Made by a program: the position numbers and the translations under genes. This document shows positions 37,758-51,800 of a DNA stretch of 60,000 nt, piece after piece (positions within the stretch are counted from its first letter, which is position 1; the number at the start of each line of letters is the position of its first letter). The notes beneath the pieces are model-generated. The model made no database searches and was not told the origin of the DNA. It saw only the letters and a program-made list of their open reading frames with translations. Origin of the DNA: Botryllus schlosseri (lineage: Eukaryota); NCBI GenBank assembly GCA_051294905.1, contig CM119371.1, positions 6,574,001 through 6,634,000 on the forward strand, written 5' to 3'.

Positions 37758-40026
37758 TTGACTGCTTCGGTCGCTGAAATGCCTTCACGATTCTATGTAA
37801 GATGTCTTCCCGTCAACTGACAGCGCCGCAAAGTCCTATAAATTCCCCGATGTAAATATACGCGATCTTGAAGTACGGTACGAACAGTATATTGCTCGAA
37901 GTTCCAATAGATCGAATTTCCTTATATCCATATTATAATACGACATAGCACTAGCACGAATAAGCCCAATTACGTCTGATTGATTTCGTAGAAAACGATG
38001 AGAATTTACTCTTACGCAGTTGTAACCAACAGATAGGACAGAGGCAGAGAGACATTGAATTTCAAGCCTAACCTGAACACAGTCACGTCTTAAATTTAGT
38101 GTTGATATATTTACACAAACCTGCTCTTCCAAAGCCTCAGGTCCAGCAAACAACAACCCAATATTATTCAAAACACTGAGGCAAAGTAAAGATGTCAAAC
38201 TAGTCGTAGTAAGTAGAAAGCGAAAGGGTCAAAACTTCTGTACATGGTAAATATTAGAATGGGAATTGTGCAACCTAAGTCAAGAAAGAGAGCGAATTTC
38301 GGCTTTGGCAATAGTCAAGGTTAACAATGTGAACATATCTGCAAAAAGCAGTGGTTGTTGTCCTTTTCATAGCCGTGGCCCAATCTCCATTTTGCAAATA
38401 TGCCATGACCCATTACTTGGCCTCAGTCTTTTCTTAAGCGGCGGCAATACGGCAGGTTTAGGCCCAGCAGTTCATGTCAAATCATAGTTCGTTCTCAAGA
38501 GGACGAGAATGGCAAATGTATGTATCGCAAGTTTGGCTCGTTTTCAACTATACAGTTCTTCTGTAACGAAGTCTGTCCAGTTGACCAAGCCTGTCTGGAC
38601 GGTATCTGCCATTTTAAGTCAATTGTGTGATTTGGGGGTCCGACTTGGATTGTTACATAGGGCCTACAGTATGCTTCACCCGCTCACTAGGTGTCGAAAA
38701 AGTGATGAGTGCTCCCTCGACAAATTAAAAATTTTGTCGGTGTCTGATTTCGTCGTCGTGACAACCTGTGACCAAGGGACGGGGTCTTGCGTTTGAATTT
38801 TACAAATTCTTCGTTTGATTGAGCCGCCGCATCCTTACTCGCTTTGGAACGTCCCGCAGGACTGGGCCGGTACAAGTCCTCCTCGATCTGCAAAAATAGA
38901 ATGGGGTCAGTCAGTATTAGCATTCGGATCCCGGGATTTTAAAGTATATTTCTGATAGCGATTCCGGCATCAATTCTATTGAAATCCCGGGATTTAAAAA
39001 AGCATCTACAAGACCTGACACTACTTCCACTTACAGTTTTTACCGGCAATACTAGGCCTATAATACCTTACTTTCTACTTATTTGGAAATTTCTACTTGT
39101 ACTTGAGTAGAAATTCACGACGCTAGTTATCCTTCCATTTGAGAACCAACAATGAATACTTTATTCTTCTCCTGAAACAGCGATGTCGAATGACCTCCAA
39201 CCCCGACCTTCACCCACATTTGTCACCCACCTTTTTACATCGGGATCGACCGACTTTTCCTGCAGGCATCCGAACCAATGGTGGGTCTTGGGGAAACTTT
39301 CTGGCAGATCACTCCCAGCTAGCGGGCCGACCTTTTATCAATTGGGCGCCGTGCCGGAAATCCTTCCCGAGCAAGGGTGACTCTGGAATCAAAGAGTGTC
39401 AGTTTTTTGGGCAACGCAAAGCAAATTGCGACACTGACTCGATCACACTCATAATTGTAAATACACAGCGCCTTCTAAATAACATTACAAGTAAAAGTTT
39501 AAAAAAATTAGCCTGTTTCATGGCTCAGTTCACGTGATACAGTTCGTCTCGATCCATTTCAGGAAAGCCAGAACATAGATGTGTTATAAAATTAGAGCAT
39601 GGAAATATTTCACAAATCATAAGAATTACACAACTAAAAATATCTAGTTGTCCAAGTCTGCACAATGGTGGTCACTACCAAAGTACTTCTACTTTTTCCA
39701 AGTAATCGAGTAGTTCCCCACTACTGGTAGCACCAACCAGAGTCAGTAAAATTTCTGCTACTTTTACTTGTAATCTGTCATATTTCGTAACTTGACTACT
39801 TTTCACTATTATTTCCAGTTTGTCAAGCCGGAATGTTATGTTCTTCTGATAAGACAGATAGAGCGACCAAGACAGAGAAATTCAGGGGCTGCTGTTGCAG
39901 AGAGCCCAGACTTTTTGTTGTGCTCTGCGCGAGTATGTAGGTGACCAGTATCTTGGGGTGGCCAACAGTTTCGGCCAGAGGGCCACATGCGATCTATAAG
40001 CCTTTGCTGGGGCCACTTGAATGTTG

Positions 40027-40318
40027 TTTTCCGACTCCAGCCACCTCTGCTTCATGGCCCGTGGGAATGTGATTGATGATGGCGGCGGCTGGTTGCTCGT
40101 CTTGATGCCACACTAGATGGCCGATTAGGCGGAAGCGTCGCTCAGCTGCCAATGGAGACTGATCTAGCATAACGCGGGCTGTCACATGAAGACGTCCACG
40201 GCGCCTACGTTGGAGACGCTTACCACGAGCCTAAAGCTGATTATCTCGATGTTCTTTTGTTTCCTGTTTTCTTTTGCCCATTTTATTTTATCCAATTGAA
40301 AAGTCGATATATATATAT
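40027..40318 (+). mobile_element. 5'-truncated, 5'-inverted copy of the RTE LINE
   Basis: 40027-40152 matches 7165-7290 directly; 40151-40318 matches the reverse complement of 6983-7151 including the (TA)n tail; TSD ACTTGAATGTTG/ACATGAATGTTG. Confidence 0.85.
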
Positions 40319-43300
40319 ACATGAATGTTGATGACCTTTTTAGTCGTCTGATAGGAGTGAACCGGACTAGGTAACGGGGAAGACAAGACTTATCTTACTA
40401 TGCATCAATATCGATAACTATTATTTCTCATGAAAGCTCCTAGCCGCGCGAGGGGAGAAAAATTTATTGAATGAATTCGGTCAATTATACTGTACCTTGC
40501 ATACATTGCGGGAAATCGAGTGAAAATCAATCGCGCGCAGTGGTGGGAAGAATTTACAGTTAAATAAATCTGCCTTGATATATTCTACTTAATGGTCATA
40601 TACGAAGATCTACGAAAATTGTGACTGGCGCATGGCTTATATGCCTACGCGTCGTAACTGATATCTTAGTCATCAACATCCCAAATTTTGTGCTCATGCT
40701 TAAAATTTTTGGTTTCCTTTGCAAGTTCATAATAAATTACCTGGGTAATTTATTTTTTTTGACATTCATTACCAATTTCGAGAATTACCGGGCCATGGGT
40801 TGGCTGCCCCCAGGGTTGATGACTCAACTTGACTCGAGTCATTTTCTCGAACTACGGAAATGACTCGACTCGAGTCAATCTGTGTGTGACTTGACTCGAG
40901 TCAATTGCGCATGACTCGAACCAAGTCATATGAATCGACACGCACACTGTTGGGATTACGTATATTGGTGCTGGTACTTGAAGTTGCGACCAGAAACTAC
41001 TAAAGTGAGAAAAATTAGTATATTATAAATGCTGACCATTCGGTACCACCAAACAGAGTTATGAAAAATGTGTTCAGCAAGAATTTAACCGGAAACTGAG
41101 CAGTCAACACAATGACTTGGACTCGGACTCGAGTCATAATACTGTGACTGGGACTCGATCCTCTGCTCGATGACTTGGACTTGACTCGGTGGTTGCAGCT
41201 TCTGCATCTTATTTTAGGCCCAAAACCAGCTTCTACTGTAAGCGGTTATCAATATGTAGCGAAATTAGCCAATTTTGGCTCGTTCGGTGAAATTGCACGA
41301 CCACTAGAGGGTGAACGAGCCCAAAATTATAATAGAAATCATTTTTTTGATCTTTGGCACCACATAGCAAGTATCCGTTTTGAAATTCAAAATTTTCCAT
41401 TTTCACTCCATCCTAATATAGGAGTTTCATGACAGTAAACAGGCCTAAAATTCAGCAAAACGTTTGGAATCATACAACCTGCCATACGGTCTTTTATTTT
41501 CTTTCCTAATAGCGCAAAACATCAAGGTAGTGTCCGGGCAGAACTTATCCACATTGGTCATTGTCTTTTTAACTACAGGCAGTGTAATACGACTTAGGGC
41601 CCCATAAAATCACATTTTCTGAAAGGCGGCACTGGGGTGAAAAAGAGGTCAAGAGCCACTGTTCTTATGCAATGGAGTCATTTGTCGGCTATCACATGAT
41701 ACATTTGAATCCTGATGCTGTTAAAATTAATATATCTCTCCTGGGATGTAGCAACACAAACCCAGCTCTCTGCATAGCTACTTCTACTTGAGTAGCCTTC
41801 TTGACTACTTTGACAGCTTCTGATCCTGCATGCAGAATAGGCTTGTTCAGAAATAACTCTCGAATTCCGGAGATTCACTGGTTAAATTGTAAGGTTGCCT
41901 AAAAAAAGGCTGCACACCAAATTCGGCTCAATTCCAACAAGCCAAAGCCGCTGTAGAGCGAATAAAAGTTTTTGAATTTATTTTTTTTAAATTGATTTTT
42001 TAAAAATTCTACTGTCAACCCAAGGAAATTGAGTTGCCTAAAAGAATGATGCATAACAATTTTTGCTCACTTCCAACCCGTAGACGCGAATTTATTGCAG
42101 TTGAGATTTTTGGATTTGCTAAAATAGCATTGATGGTGGGTAAACCCAAAATTATTAATGAAAAACTAAAATAACTTCGCTTCTACGGGTTGGAATTGCA
42201 TCAAATTTCTTTTGCATCGTTTTTGTAGACAGCTTAACAACTTCATGGGGCTGACAGTAAAAGTTGAAAAAAAAAGATTTAAATTTTTCTAATAAATGAT
42301 AAATTTCAATTGACTATGCCTCGACTTCTACTGGTAGGAATTGAGACAAATTTGGTGTGCTGCGTTTTTTTACGCAAACTAACATTTTAATCAGCGAATC
42401 CTCGGGATACGGAAAAGTTATTGTGAACAACCCTAATGCACCCAATCGCAGATAGTTATTTTTTAGTGACTATTTCGCAACAACTTACAGACTTTACCCC
42501 CCTCCGAATTTACTGGAAATCAGTAAGCCATATTTACTGCCTGATTTCTTTGTCAGTTCGTAATGAGTAGATGCTGGATGTAGGAGTCTGTAGGGTGCAA
42601 ATGTATGGTGCGTTGACATGAAGGAAGATAACATGTTGATATGAAAATCCATAGGATTCCACTTGATTCATTAACACTGAAATTGTCTACATTGTGGACA
42701 GAATGTTTGGTATATACTTCCACATTGTCACCAATTCTAGATATGTCACAAAATTACACAGAAACTCACCTGTCGCCATCATTCATGGAAATCTTAATGT
42801 CGGAATCTTGTCTTTTAGCCGATAACAAAGCCTGAAAGAAAATCTCATAATTACACAGCCGAAAAAATAGACTTGAACAGTAGAATTAAACAGTGGTTCC
42901 ATAAGCCACCTCGAACTGTATAAAGCACAAAAATATCGGAAAATACTTTCATTTAGTGTAGCAAACATGTTGGTGTCCACAGGGAAGTGGTTCACTTTGG
43001 TTTATCCATTCCATCTTTACGACATTACAGAAACGTCACATTGCATGTTTATACAATTTAGGAAGATTTGGTTGTTCATTAAACTCTGACCTGTGCCCAA
43101 TGTCACATCAACGATGTAATCAAGTACCGGTATCTCATAAAAGACTTTAACCAAGATCGCCACTAATGAATATAGAGGCATGAGTGGATGCTTGCTTCTC
43201 AACGGGATTTCAAGAACATGCAGCTCAGTTATTAGCCATACCTCAATTGTTCTACTAGCAGTCAGGCGTGGTTCAATCACTTCCTATTAGCTTCAGCGTG

Positions 43301-45999
43301 GGAGAAAATGGAAAACTGATAACCTCCGGATATGAGCTGGTAGTTGCGATGTGAATAGAATGTCGATGTACTTACTAAATGTGGCTTGAAAATATAGCCA
43401 GATAAAACTCACCTGGAATAACAATTGGTACACTTGCTTGACTCTGACCCATAGAAAGTCCTTGCCTGTGACGATAAAGAAAGGATACATTGTGTTAGAA
43501 ACGATTCAAATTGGAGCTTCACAGTCATCCAATGTGTTGAGGCTTTTGTTACAGATAGAAATATGATCGTTACTAGGGGTTGAGTTGAATTTATTGGTAA
43601 TAATTTGATCGTTTCAAAATTCTATAGCAGGGGTGGGCAATTATTTTCCTCCGCAGGCCAAATGAGAAGTAGAAAACACGTTGGCGGGCCAAGTGCGAAA
43701 TTTTAGCTATATTCTCCAGCGTGTTTCAATTATATTTCTAGATTGCATTGTTAGAAAATGCTGCTCAGTGAATGTGCTGGTAATGAGAAATTGACGGTTA
43801 TTTAAAAAACATCTATTTGCCGTCATAATTGGCAACAATGTTAAACATGATACATAATCAACTCTCATTAAACCCCTATCCACGTTCTGCTATTAAGACT
43901 CTGCTTTTTTAGGCACGCCTTCCTTTATGATAGCGAAAAATTTGTCGCCCGCCTTATCATGATATTACAAAATAACAAAAAGTGTAACCAGAATGGCAGC
44001 AATCCCAATGGATAGTTTGATGGCATGGAAGGTTCTGTAAATGCGTACTATCCGATATCCCCAAAACTAGTTATAAAAAAGAGGGTTTAAGACTTTAACT
44101 GAAAGCTAGGCAGTCAACACAATAACTCGTACTAGAGTCATAAAACCGTGACTCACACTCGACCCTTTGTTCGCTGACTTGGACTTGACTCGGTGGTGAA
44201 TTGAAAATGACTCGACTTGACTCGAGTCACAACTATTAAAGTGAGTTGGACTTGTGACTTGGTTACAAGACTGCTTATACTTTGACTTGACAGTGTTTTC
44301 AGTAAAACTATGCATAGAATACTTCCTTTTTACTAGGGTTGGGCAAAATCGCTTGCCTGAGTGAATCGATTCTGAACCATTATTAGGCTTCGAGTTGAGT
44401 ATTCAAGTATCACTCACTGTGACGGTGTAAGTGTACAAAAGGCGTAAAAGTTCAAATATTCATCTTTTACGCTGCGAGTAAAAATATAATGGCGATTTTA
44501 CGTCACGTTAAAGATAAATTGGTTGAGAACGGCTTGACATGGATAGTCCATAGCTTCGTACTGCTTGTTTCGTATGCTGCGACACGACCAATCGAGGTTT
44601 CTGGGATGGTAAATGGTATCGAAATTGTAATTCTCGTTGATAAATAACCTGTTAGTGGTGAGGAGCGTATGTATGCAAGCCTATTTCAGTACCCGAAAAA
44701 TCATCTTCCACCACTCGACTCGGATAATTAGGATTAACACTCGATTCAGATTCGAGTACTCAAATCATGTGCAATATGTGCCCTGCTATCCATTTTACTT
44801 ATTCGAAAATAGATACTTGTATTTGTACCTAAGTAGAAATTTACGACGTTACTTATCCTTTTGTGTAACATCTGCTCCTGAAACAGCGATGTCACAAAAC
44901 AGCGATGTCGAATCACCCCCAAACCCAACCTTCACCCTCATTCGTCACCCACCTTTTTACATCGGGATCACCCGGCTTTTCCTGCAGGCACTCGAACCAA
45001 CGGTGGGACCTTAGGCACTTTCTGGCGGCTCACACCCGCTACTGGGCCGATCCTTGACTAGTTTGGTGTCGGGTCAGAAGTCCATCCTGAACGCGGGGGA
45101 CACTGGAATAAAAGGGGGGCAGTTTTCTTCGGCAACACAAAGCAAATTGTATCATAATTGCAACTACACAGTTTTTTTTCTGAATTTTGATTAGAATTGC
45201 TTCTTGGAGGTACAGAACTTCAGTATACAATTGAATAGCATATTCATACTGAAAGGAGCCTGAGTATTTTGACTTCATTTCAATATGAATAAACTATACA
45301 ATTAGATTGGAATAAGACCTACACATTTTTTGAAATGAGATTAGAATTACAATTACAGCTACAATTTTCCTACAAATTAGATTGGAATTGGAATTATTGA
45401 ATTTGTGAAAAGTAGGCCATGGAATGAAGTTTGGTTCATCAGAGTTCGTTCTCATAACCATGAAAATGGCAAAGGTCTGTCCTGTAAGCTTGGCAATACA
45501 GTTCTCCTGCCGCCTTTATAGGAATTTAGGAATTAGATTGGAATTAAAATTATAGCAAAGAAACATTTCACAAATCAAACTAGAATTAGATCACCGACAT
45601 TTTGCTTTATTTATTCTAGAGGTGATCACTAACGCGGTCCCGCAAAACGTTTGTAATTCTACGATCTGCCATATTTTCAGTTTCCTTCCTAATCATGCAA
45701 AACATCAATGTAGTTCCCGGGCACAACCTATCCGCGTAGCACATCCTGTTATTCACTACAGGCATTGTAACATGAGATAGGGCTTCATAGCGCCACATTT
45801 TCTTAAGGGAGCAGTTGTGTGGAAAATAGGTCAAGAACCTCTGTTCTATAGCAATGGTGTCCTTTGTAGGCTACCACATGATACCATAGGCGCTGAACTC
45901 TATTTTTCTGACGGTATGCGGGATTAATGACGTCATATGTCAGAATTGACAAATGAGCTCACTCTCAATAGCTCAATATCCCCTGTCGCTTGTCTATGG

Positions 46000-46577
46000 C
46001 AGGGTTGTAATCAAGTCACAAGGCTCTGTGTCACAAGTCAATCCCACTTTTATAGTTCTGACTCGAGTCAAGTCGACTCACTTTCAATTTATCACCGAGT
46101 CCAAGTCAGCAAGGAGCAGCTCGAGTCCGAGTCATGGGTTTATGACTCAAGTCCGAGTCCAAGTCATTGTGTTGACTGCTCAGTTTCAAGCTAAAATCTT
46201 GTTAATTCCCCTTTTTATAACTCTGTTTGGTGATATCTAATGGCTCGCATTCACTTTTAGCAGTTTCTGGTCGCATTTTCAAGTACCAGTACCAATACAC
46301 GAAATATGAATGTTGGAGTTATTTTGAAATTCTTCGAAATCAATATGAAATGTCGGTCATATCCGTCTGAGTCCCGAGTCATGCGCAATGACTCGAGTCC
46401 AAGTCAAGTCAATACACAGATTGACTCGAGTCAAGCCGACTCATCTCCATATTTCAAGAAAATGACTCGAGTCAAGTCGAGTCATCAGAAGATCGTGACT
46501 CGAGTCGAGTCATGACTCGAGTCACGATCTTCTGTAATGACTCGAGTCCAGTCATGACTCGAGTCATTACAACCCTG
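46000..46577. mobile_element. GACTC-family hAT MITE (uninterrupted copy)
   Basis: CAGGGTTGTAA...TTACAACCCTG; TSD GTCTATGG/GTATATGG. Reverse-orientation relatives at ~40810-41195, ~44040-44270 and ~47803-48225. Confidence 0.85.
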
Positions 46578-48811
46578 GTATATGGTGAAAAAATTATGAT
46601 GCATGAATTTATTAGCGTTAAGTAGACTACATACACCATACCACATCGATCGAATTTCTTGCAGGTATGATATATATATAGTTATACACTCCCCATCTCA
46701 CACTACCACAAGATTGCTAGCGAGTCCGACTGTGCAGACAATTAGCAGGATCGCGATTTCCCGTCAATATACAACATATTCGTCAACACGCGCATCGATC
46801 ACTCCGCCTCAAGAACAAGCGAATACGCATCTTCAACGACGGCTAATAAACTTAAGTTACAGGAATGATTTTCTCAAATGGCAATTCTGTTCTGGACTCT
46901 GTTCAGTAAGTAACAATAATTGCAGAGGAGTCAGAACTTTTGACATCCAGAGCCTGCAACCAATTTCTGATCGTTGTGTTTTAGTATTAGTGCAAATCAA
47001 AATAAATAATGCCGCTTGATTCTGTTCACAGCCAGTATGTTTTTTGATCCATTGCGTTCACGTTCGATGTCTTGAGCAAGTTGTTGTCACAATCACAGCA
47101 GACGCGACAGCTCTGGTCAGCGCGCCAGATATCACATTTAGACACAGCAGAAGATGACAATCACTGCATTTCGCGCCTATAGAAATTGACATCTTTGGCA
47201 TTGAGGCCTCGGTCTTGTTGCCTTGTGTCGCAATTTTGTAAAAAGATAAATTCAGAATTACTCACTGTTATCTCTCAGGTAGAATTTTCACAAATTGATG
47301 CATGTCAGATTCTAACTGATTGATAACGGTTGAGATTGTCATGCAAACTTCTTTCATCACCAAAGCCATTTCCCACCGAACGACCAGACCATTAAATGAT
47401 ATGTTATAAATATTATGATTTTCTGATTGCAATTAACTGTAATAAAATGAAGAATGGTTATGGAAAATAAACTCAATGAATGAATAATTGTATTGTATAT
47501 GCACCATAGGCTGTTTAAGCCTGGCTACTGTACCAGCAAAAGTGGTAGCCTATACAACAAGTTGCCAATAGTCGCCTCATATAAACAGAATCGAAATGGT
47601 TTATTTTGAGAATACATACAAATTTGGTATCCTGATCATGGATAACGGAAAGCGAACAACTTTTTTCAATCGAGGTGACCCCAAATTCGTCAAAAACAAT
47701 CAAAAGAACATGATAAACAAAACGTTCATCCGATTTTATCAAGTAGTAAAATATTGTTTATGCAAGTTCTCATTAAATATGATGGCCATATGAATTTGTA
47801 ACCCAGGGTTGTTTTGACTCGAGTCATGACTCGACTGGAGTCCGGGTTGAGTCACCATATTTTGGTGACTCGACTTGACCAGAGTCATTTTTTCAAATGC
47901 GCAAAATGACTCGACTCGAGTCAATTTTTGTATTGACTCGACTTGTAGGCCTACTCGATTCATTGTGTATGACTCGAACCAAGACATATGACTTGAAACT
48001 AGACGGCTAAGACAGACATTTCATTGTAACTTCGAATAATAGTAAAAGTCTCCACATGATTGGTATTTCGACTATTAGTTCTGATACTTGCGAAATGGGC
48101 TACAAACTGATTGTACCGAGGAAAATTACAATATTATCATTATGAATGCGAACCATTCTATTTCACTCGAGCAGAGTTGAAAAAAGTGGGTTGGACTCAA
48201 AAAACTGAACAGTAAACACAATGACTTTGAAGAGTGAATAGCTCGAAGCATATATCGCATGCGGCTCAACTAGTATTGAGATAATTCTCGCTCATTTGAA
48301 ATTTCCATGCATTGAGTCATTGTATGCTGTGGGTTATTTCATACTGAATTAGCGGAAGTGTGAAACTTGAACCGCCAGCAGTAAGCAGTAGGTACGAACT
48401 CCTGATATTGGCCATATAACCATTGTGGCAACAGTTGTAGGCTACAAGTCGTCATAATCCTTGACCATGTCTATATTGAATAGGCCTAAGGAACTAAATA
48501 TATGATTGGATGCATCGACTAAATCTACCGGCAAGATCATGCACTGTGGCACAATTAATGGAAGTATATTACCACAAAATTACTGGTTACTATTGCTATT
48601 ACATTCATCAAATGATACGAATTTACCAAAAAGCAGTTTACACTTATCAAATTACTGCCGCATTGAAATAAAAATGCACAATTTTCAATGCAATTATGAT
48701 GGATATGGCTTGATGAATTGAAAATATCAAATGTGAGAAACTTTATATTCATTCATGTCAAAGCTGCAGACTTGTACTAACTACTAATTGAGTTACTTCG
48801 ACGGTCAAGAC

Positions 48812-48896
48812 TAGATAACCATGCTATCTCTCTCTACAGACCCTAGTCATCCTTTGATATGCTTAGTAAATGTAGGTAGACATACATGTTTGTTTA
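48812..48896 (+). repeat. 5' LTR (internally deleted)
   Basis: Matches both ends of the 3' LTR, joined at a TCATCCTT repeat. Confidence 0.85.
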
Positions 48897-51800
48897 TGAC
48901 TAGCGCTCTAATACAGCTGTATCAATAAAATGCCTCAACTGGACTGCCCCATTGAGGACTGCCCATGGAAGTCACAGGATTTGGCTGAGGCGTTAGCTCC
49001 TGCCCTCATCAAAGCCCTCGAAATCCACGACAGGACTGTTCATGGCGCTGCTACAACTGAGTCTGGGCCCCCGCTCAAATTGGAAAAGCCGACTATCGCA
49101 TCGGGATGCGATCCCGAGAGATGGTCAGCCTTCACGAGAGAGTGGCGTATGTACAAAACTGGCTGTCGCATCTCCGACAACATGGCCTCTACTGCTCTCT
49201 TCCACTGTTGTGACTCCGAGCTACGTGCCGATATACTGAGGGATATCCGACGCGACATTGATGCCATGACAGTTGAAGATCTGCTCGCTGCGGTCAAGCG
49301 CTTGGCTGTGAAAGACGAAAGTATACTAGTGCATCGACTCAGGCTCAGCAAGATGGTTCAGACCCCCGGCTCTAGCATCCGCACCTTTCTTGCTAGCCTG
49401 CGTGGTCAAGCTGCCTTGTGTCAGTACACATCGACCTGTCGGGAGGAGGGCTGCAACCACGTCTTCGATTACAGTTCTGAGATCATAAAGGACAACCTTA
49501 TTCGGGGCATCGCCGACCCCGATATCCTCTCTGATATCCTCGGTGATGCTGCCACAGACCGCTCCCTGGAAGACACTGTCTCCTTCATCGCCAGAAAGGA
49601 ACAGGGACGCCTGACGCACTCCGAGGTCGGTAATTTCCCTGCGACACCACAGTCTGCAGCTGCCGTTCAACCTTCCAGGATGTGCTGGGCCTGCGGCGGA
49701 CGGCCCATGCCCCCCGCAACGACCGTGACGCACGGAAAAGCAAGTGTGAAGCCTGGCATTCACTGTGTACGAAATGCTCGTCCAAAGGCCATTACACAAA
49801 TTGCTGCAGACAATACCTAGATTGTGGAAAATGGGGCCACAAGGATAAATCGTACCGGCTTTGCGCGAAGCATAAGTCCAAGCAGTTGGAGGCCCGGAGT
49901 GAATCCTCCTCCAGCCCTGCCGAAAGAACTGCTAGCTGCATCGACTCTCAGCTCTCGAATGACGCCCTGTGCTGCCCCTCGGAATCTCTCGAGGCAAAAC
50001 GGATAGCATCACTTTCAGCTATGGTGAATAGACTCGATCATCACGTGTTCGATGATGGCTGGAAAGTACGGCCATCCAAACCTCACCCTGTCGTACTGGT
50101 CTCGATGAACTTGCTTCCCGATGCACATTCTCTGCTGGGTCACCCCATTCGCACCTCCGCTCGGCTTTCCTCCATCCGGACTTACATGGTAGCTGACACG
50201 GGTTGCCAGAGCTCCATCATTCCCTTGTTCATCACTGTGCGACTGGGCATCGACCGCCGTGATCTGCTCCCTGTTAAGCTAATCATGGAGGGCCCATCTC
50301 ATGCAGATTTGGGCATAGTTGGTGGAATCGCTGTGGATATCAGTTTCGCGGGACCCGGTGGGACTGCGAGGACAGCCCGCATCATGTGCTATGTGTCGTC
50401 GACGCTTGACAGATCCTACCTCTGCAGGGACGTTATCGATACAAGGTTGCACCGCAAGGCTTCCTGGCAAGTGGTGACGCATATAATCAACGTTTCGACG
50501 CAATCGTCTCCGACTTCCCAGACAAAGTGAAGTGTGTCGATGACACTTGCATGTGGGCGGAGGACATTGAAACTGCTTTTCTTCAGACGTGCCGATGGCT
50601 TGATTTATGTGCCCGCAATGGCATCACTCTGAATCCAAAGAAATTTCAGTTTGCGCAAGAAGAAGTGGACTTTGCTGGATTGACGATCTCTATGACCAAC
50701 ATCCGCCCACGCACCAAGTTCCTCAACGCAATAAGGGACTTCCCTACACCTGCTGACATTACCGGGGTGCGAGCATGGTTCGGACTGGTGAATCAAGCAG
50801 CGTACACCTTTGCCATGGCACAGCAGATGACGCCATTCAGAGACCTGCTGAAACCGGCCGAGAAATTTGCTTGGTCTGAAGAATTGGAACACGCCTTCCA
50901 GCTGTCAAAAAAAGCAATCATTTCTGAAATTGAGAATGGTGTGAGACTCTTTGACCCTAGCCGACCAACATGCCTCGCGACTGATTGGTCTGTGTCCGGG
51001 ATTGGCTTTTTCATGACACAGAAGTACTGCAAGTGCGATCCTGTGACGCCGACCTGTTGTCCGGATGGATGGAAACTATGCCTGGTCGGAAGCCGTTTTA
51101 CTCACCCAGCGGAGAGCAGATACGCCCCCATTGAGGGCGAAGCACTGGCTGTCGCATATGCGCTCCACCAAACGAGATATTATGTCCTTGGGTGCACCCA
51201 GCTGATCGTCGCCACTGATCATAAGCCTCTTGTGCGGGTCTTCAATGACAGGTCCCTGTCGGACATCACCAACAGACGGCTCCTCAACCTCAAGGAAAAG
51301 ACCCTTGGATACCGCTTTCAGATTGTCCACGTGCCCGGCAAGAGCAATCACGTTGCAGACGCTGCATCCAGGAACCCGCATGGCCCTCCCGTCAGCCGTC
51401 AGGCTTGTGCTGCCCGGAGAGGCACCCGAAACTGATCTCACACCGCGCCGCCCTACCGCCGTGTCCAAGATTCCGAGACTGATCGACGATGAGCCAGACT
51501 TTGCTGACGATGCTTCAACCGTGGCTGCCGTTACTGCCAGTCTTCGGGCCTCGACGACGGTTGTCACATGGGACATGGTACGTGAAGCTACCTCTTCTGA
51601 TAGCGACCTTCAGCAGCTGAACCTGTATATCAGTGAAGGATTTCCGACCGACCTCCGCATCATGCCTGCTAGCTTGCGTCCTTACCACAGGTTCTCGTCG
51701 ATGCTGAGCACTGTGGACGGCGTTATTCTTATGGGACAACGGATCGTGATACCCTCGAGTCTGCGTCATGAGATCCTGACCGCGTTGCATGCCGGGCATC

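Larger units (their letters stand above)
38600..47436 (-). pseudogene. Unit C relic multi-exon transcript
   Basis: Exon-like blocks 47266-47436, 43413-43465, ~42950-43316 (contains the 43017-43280 ORF) and 42770-42831, plus an acceptor at 38887; homologous to units A, B and D. Confidence 0.5.
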
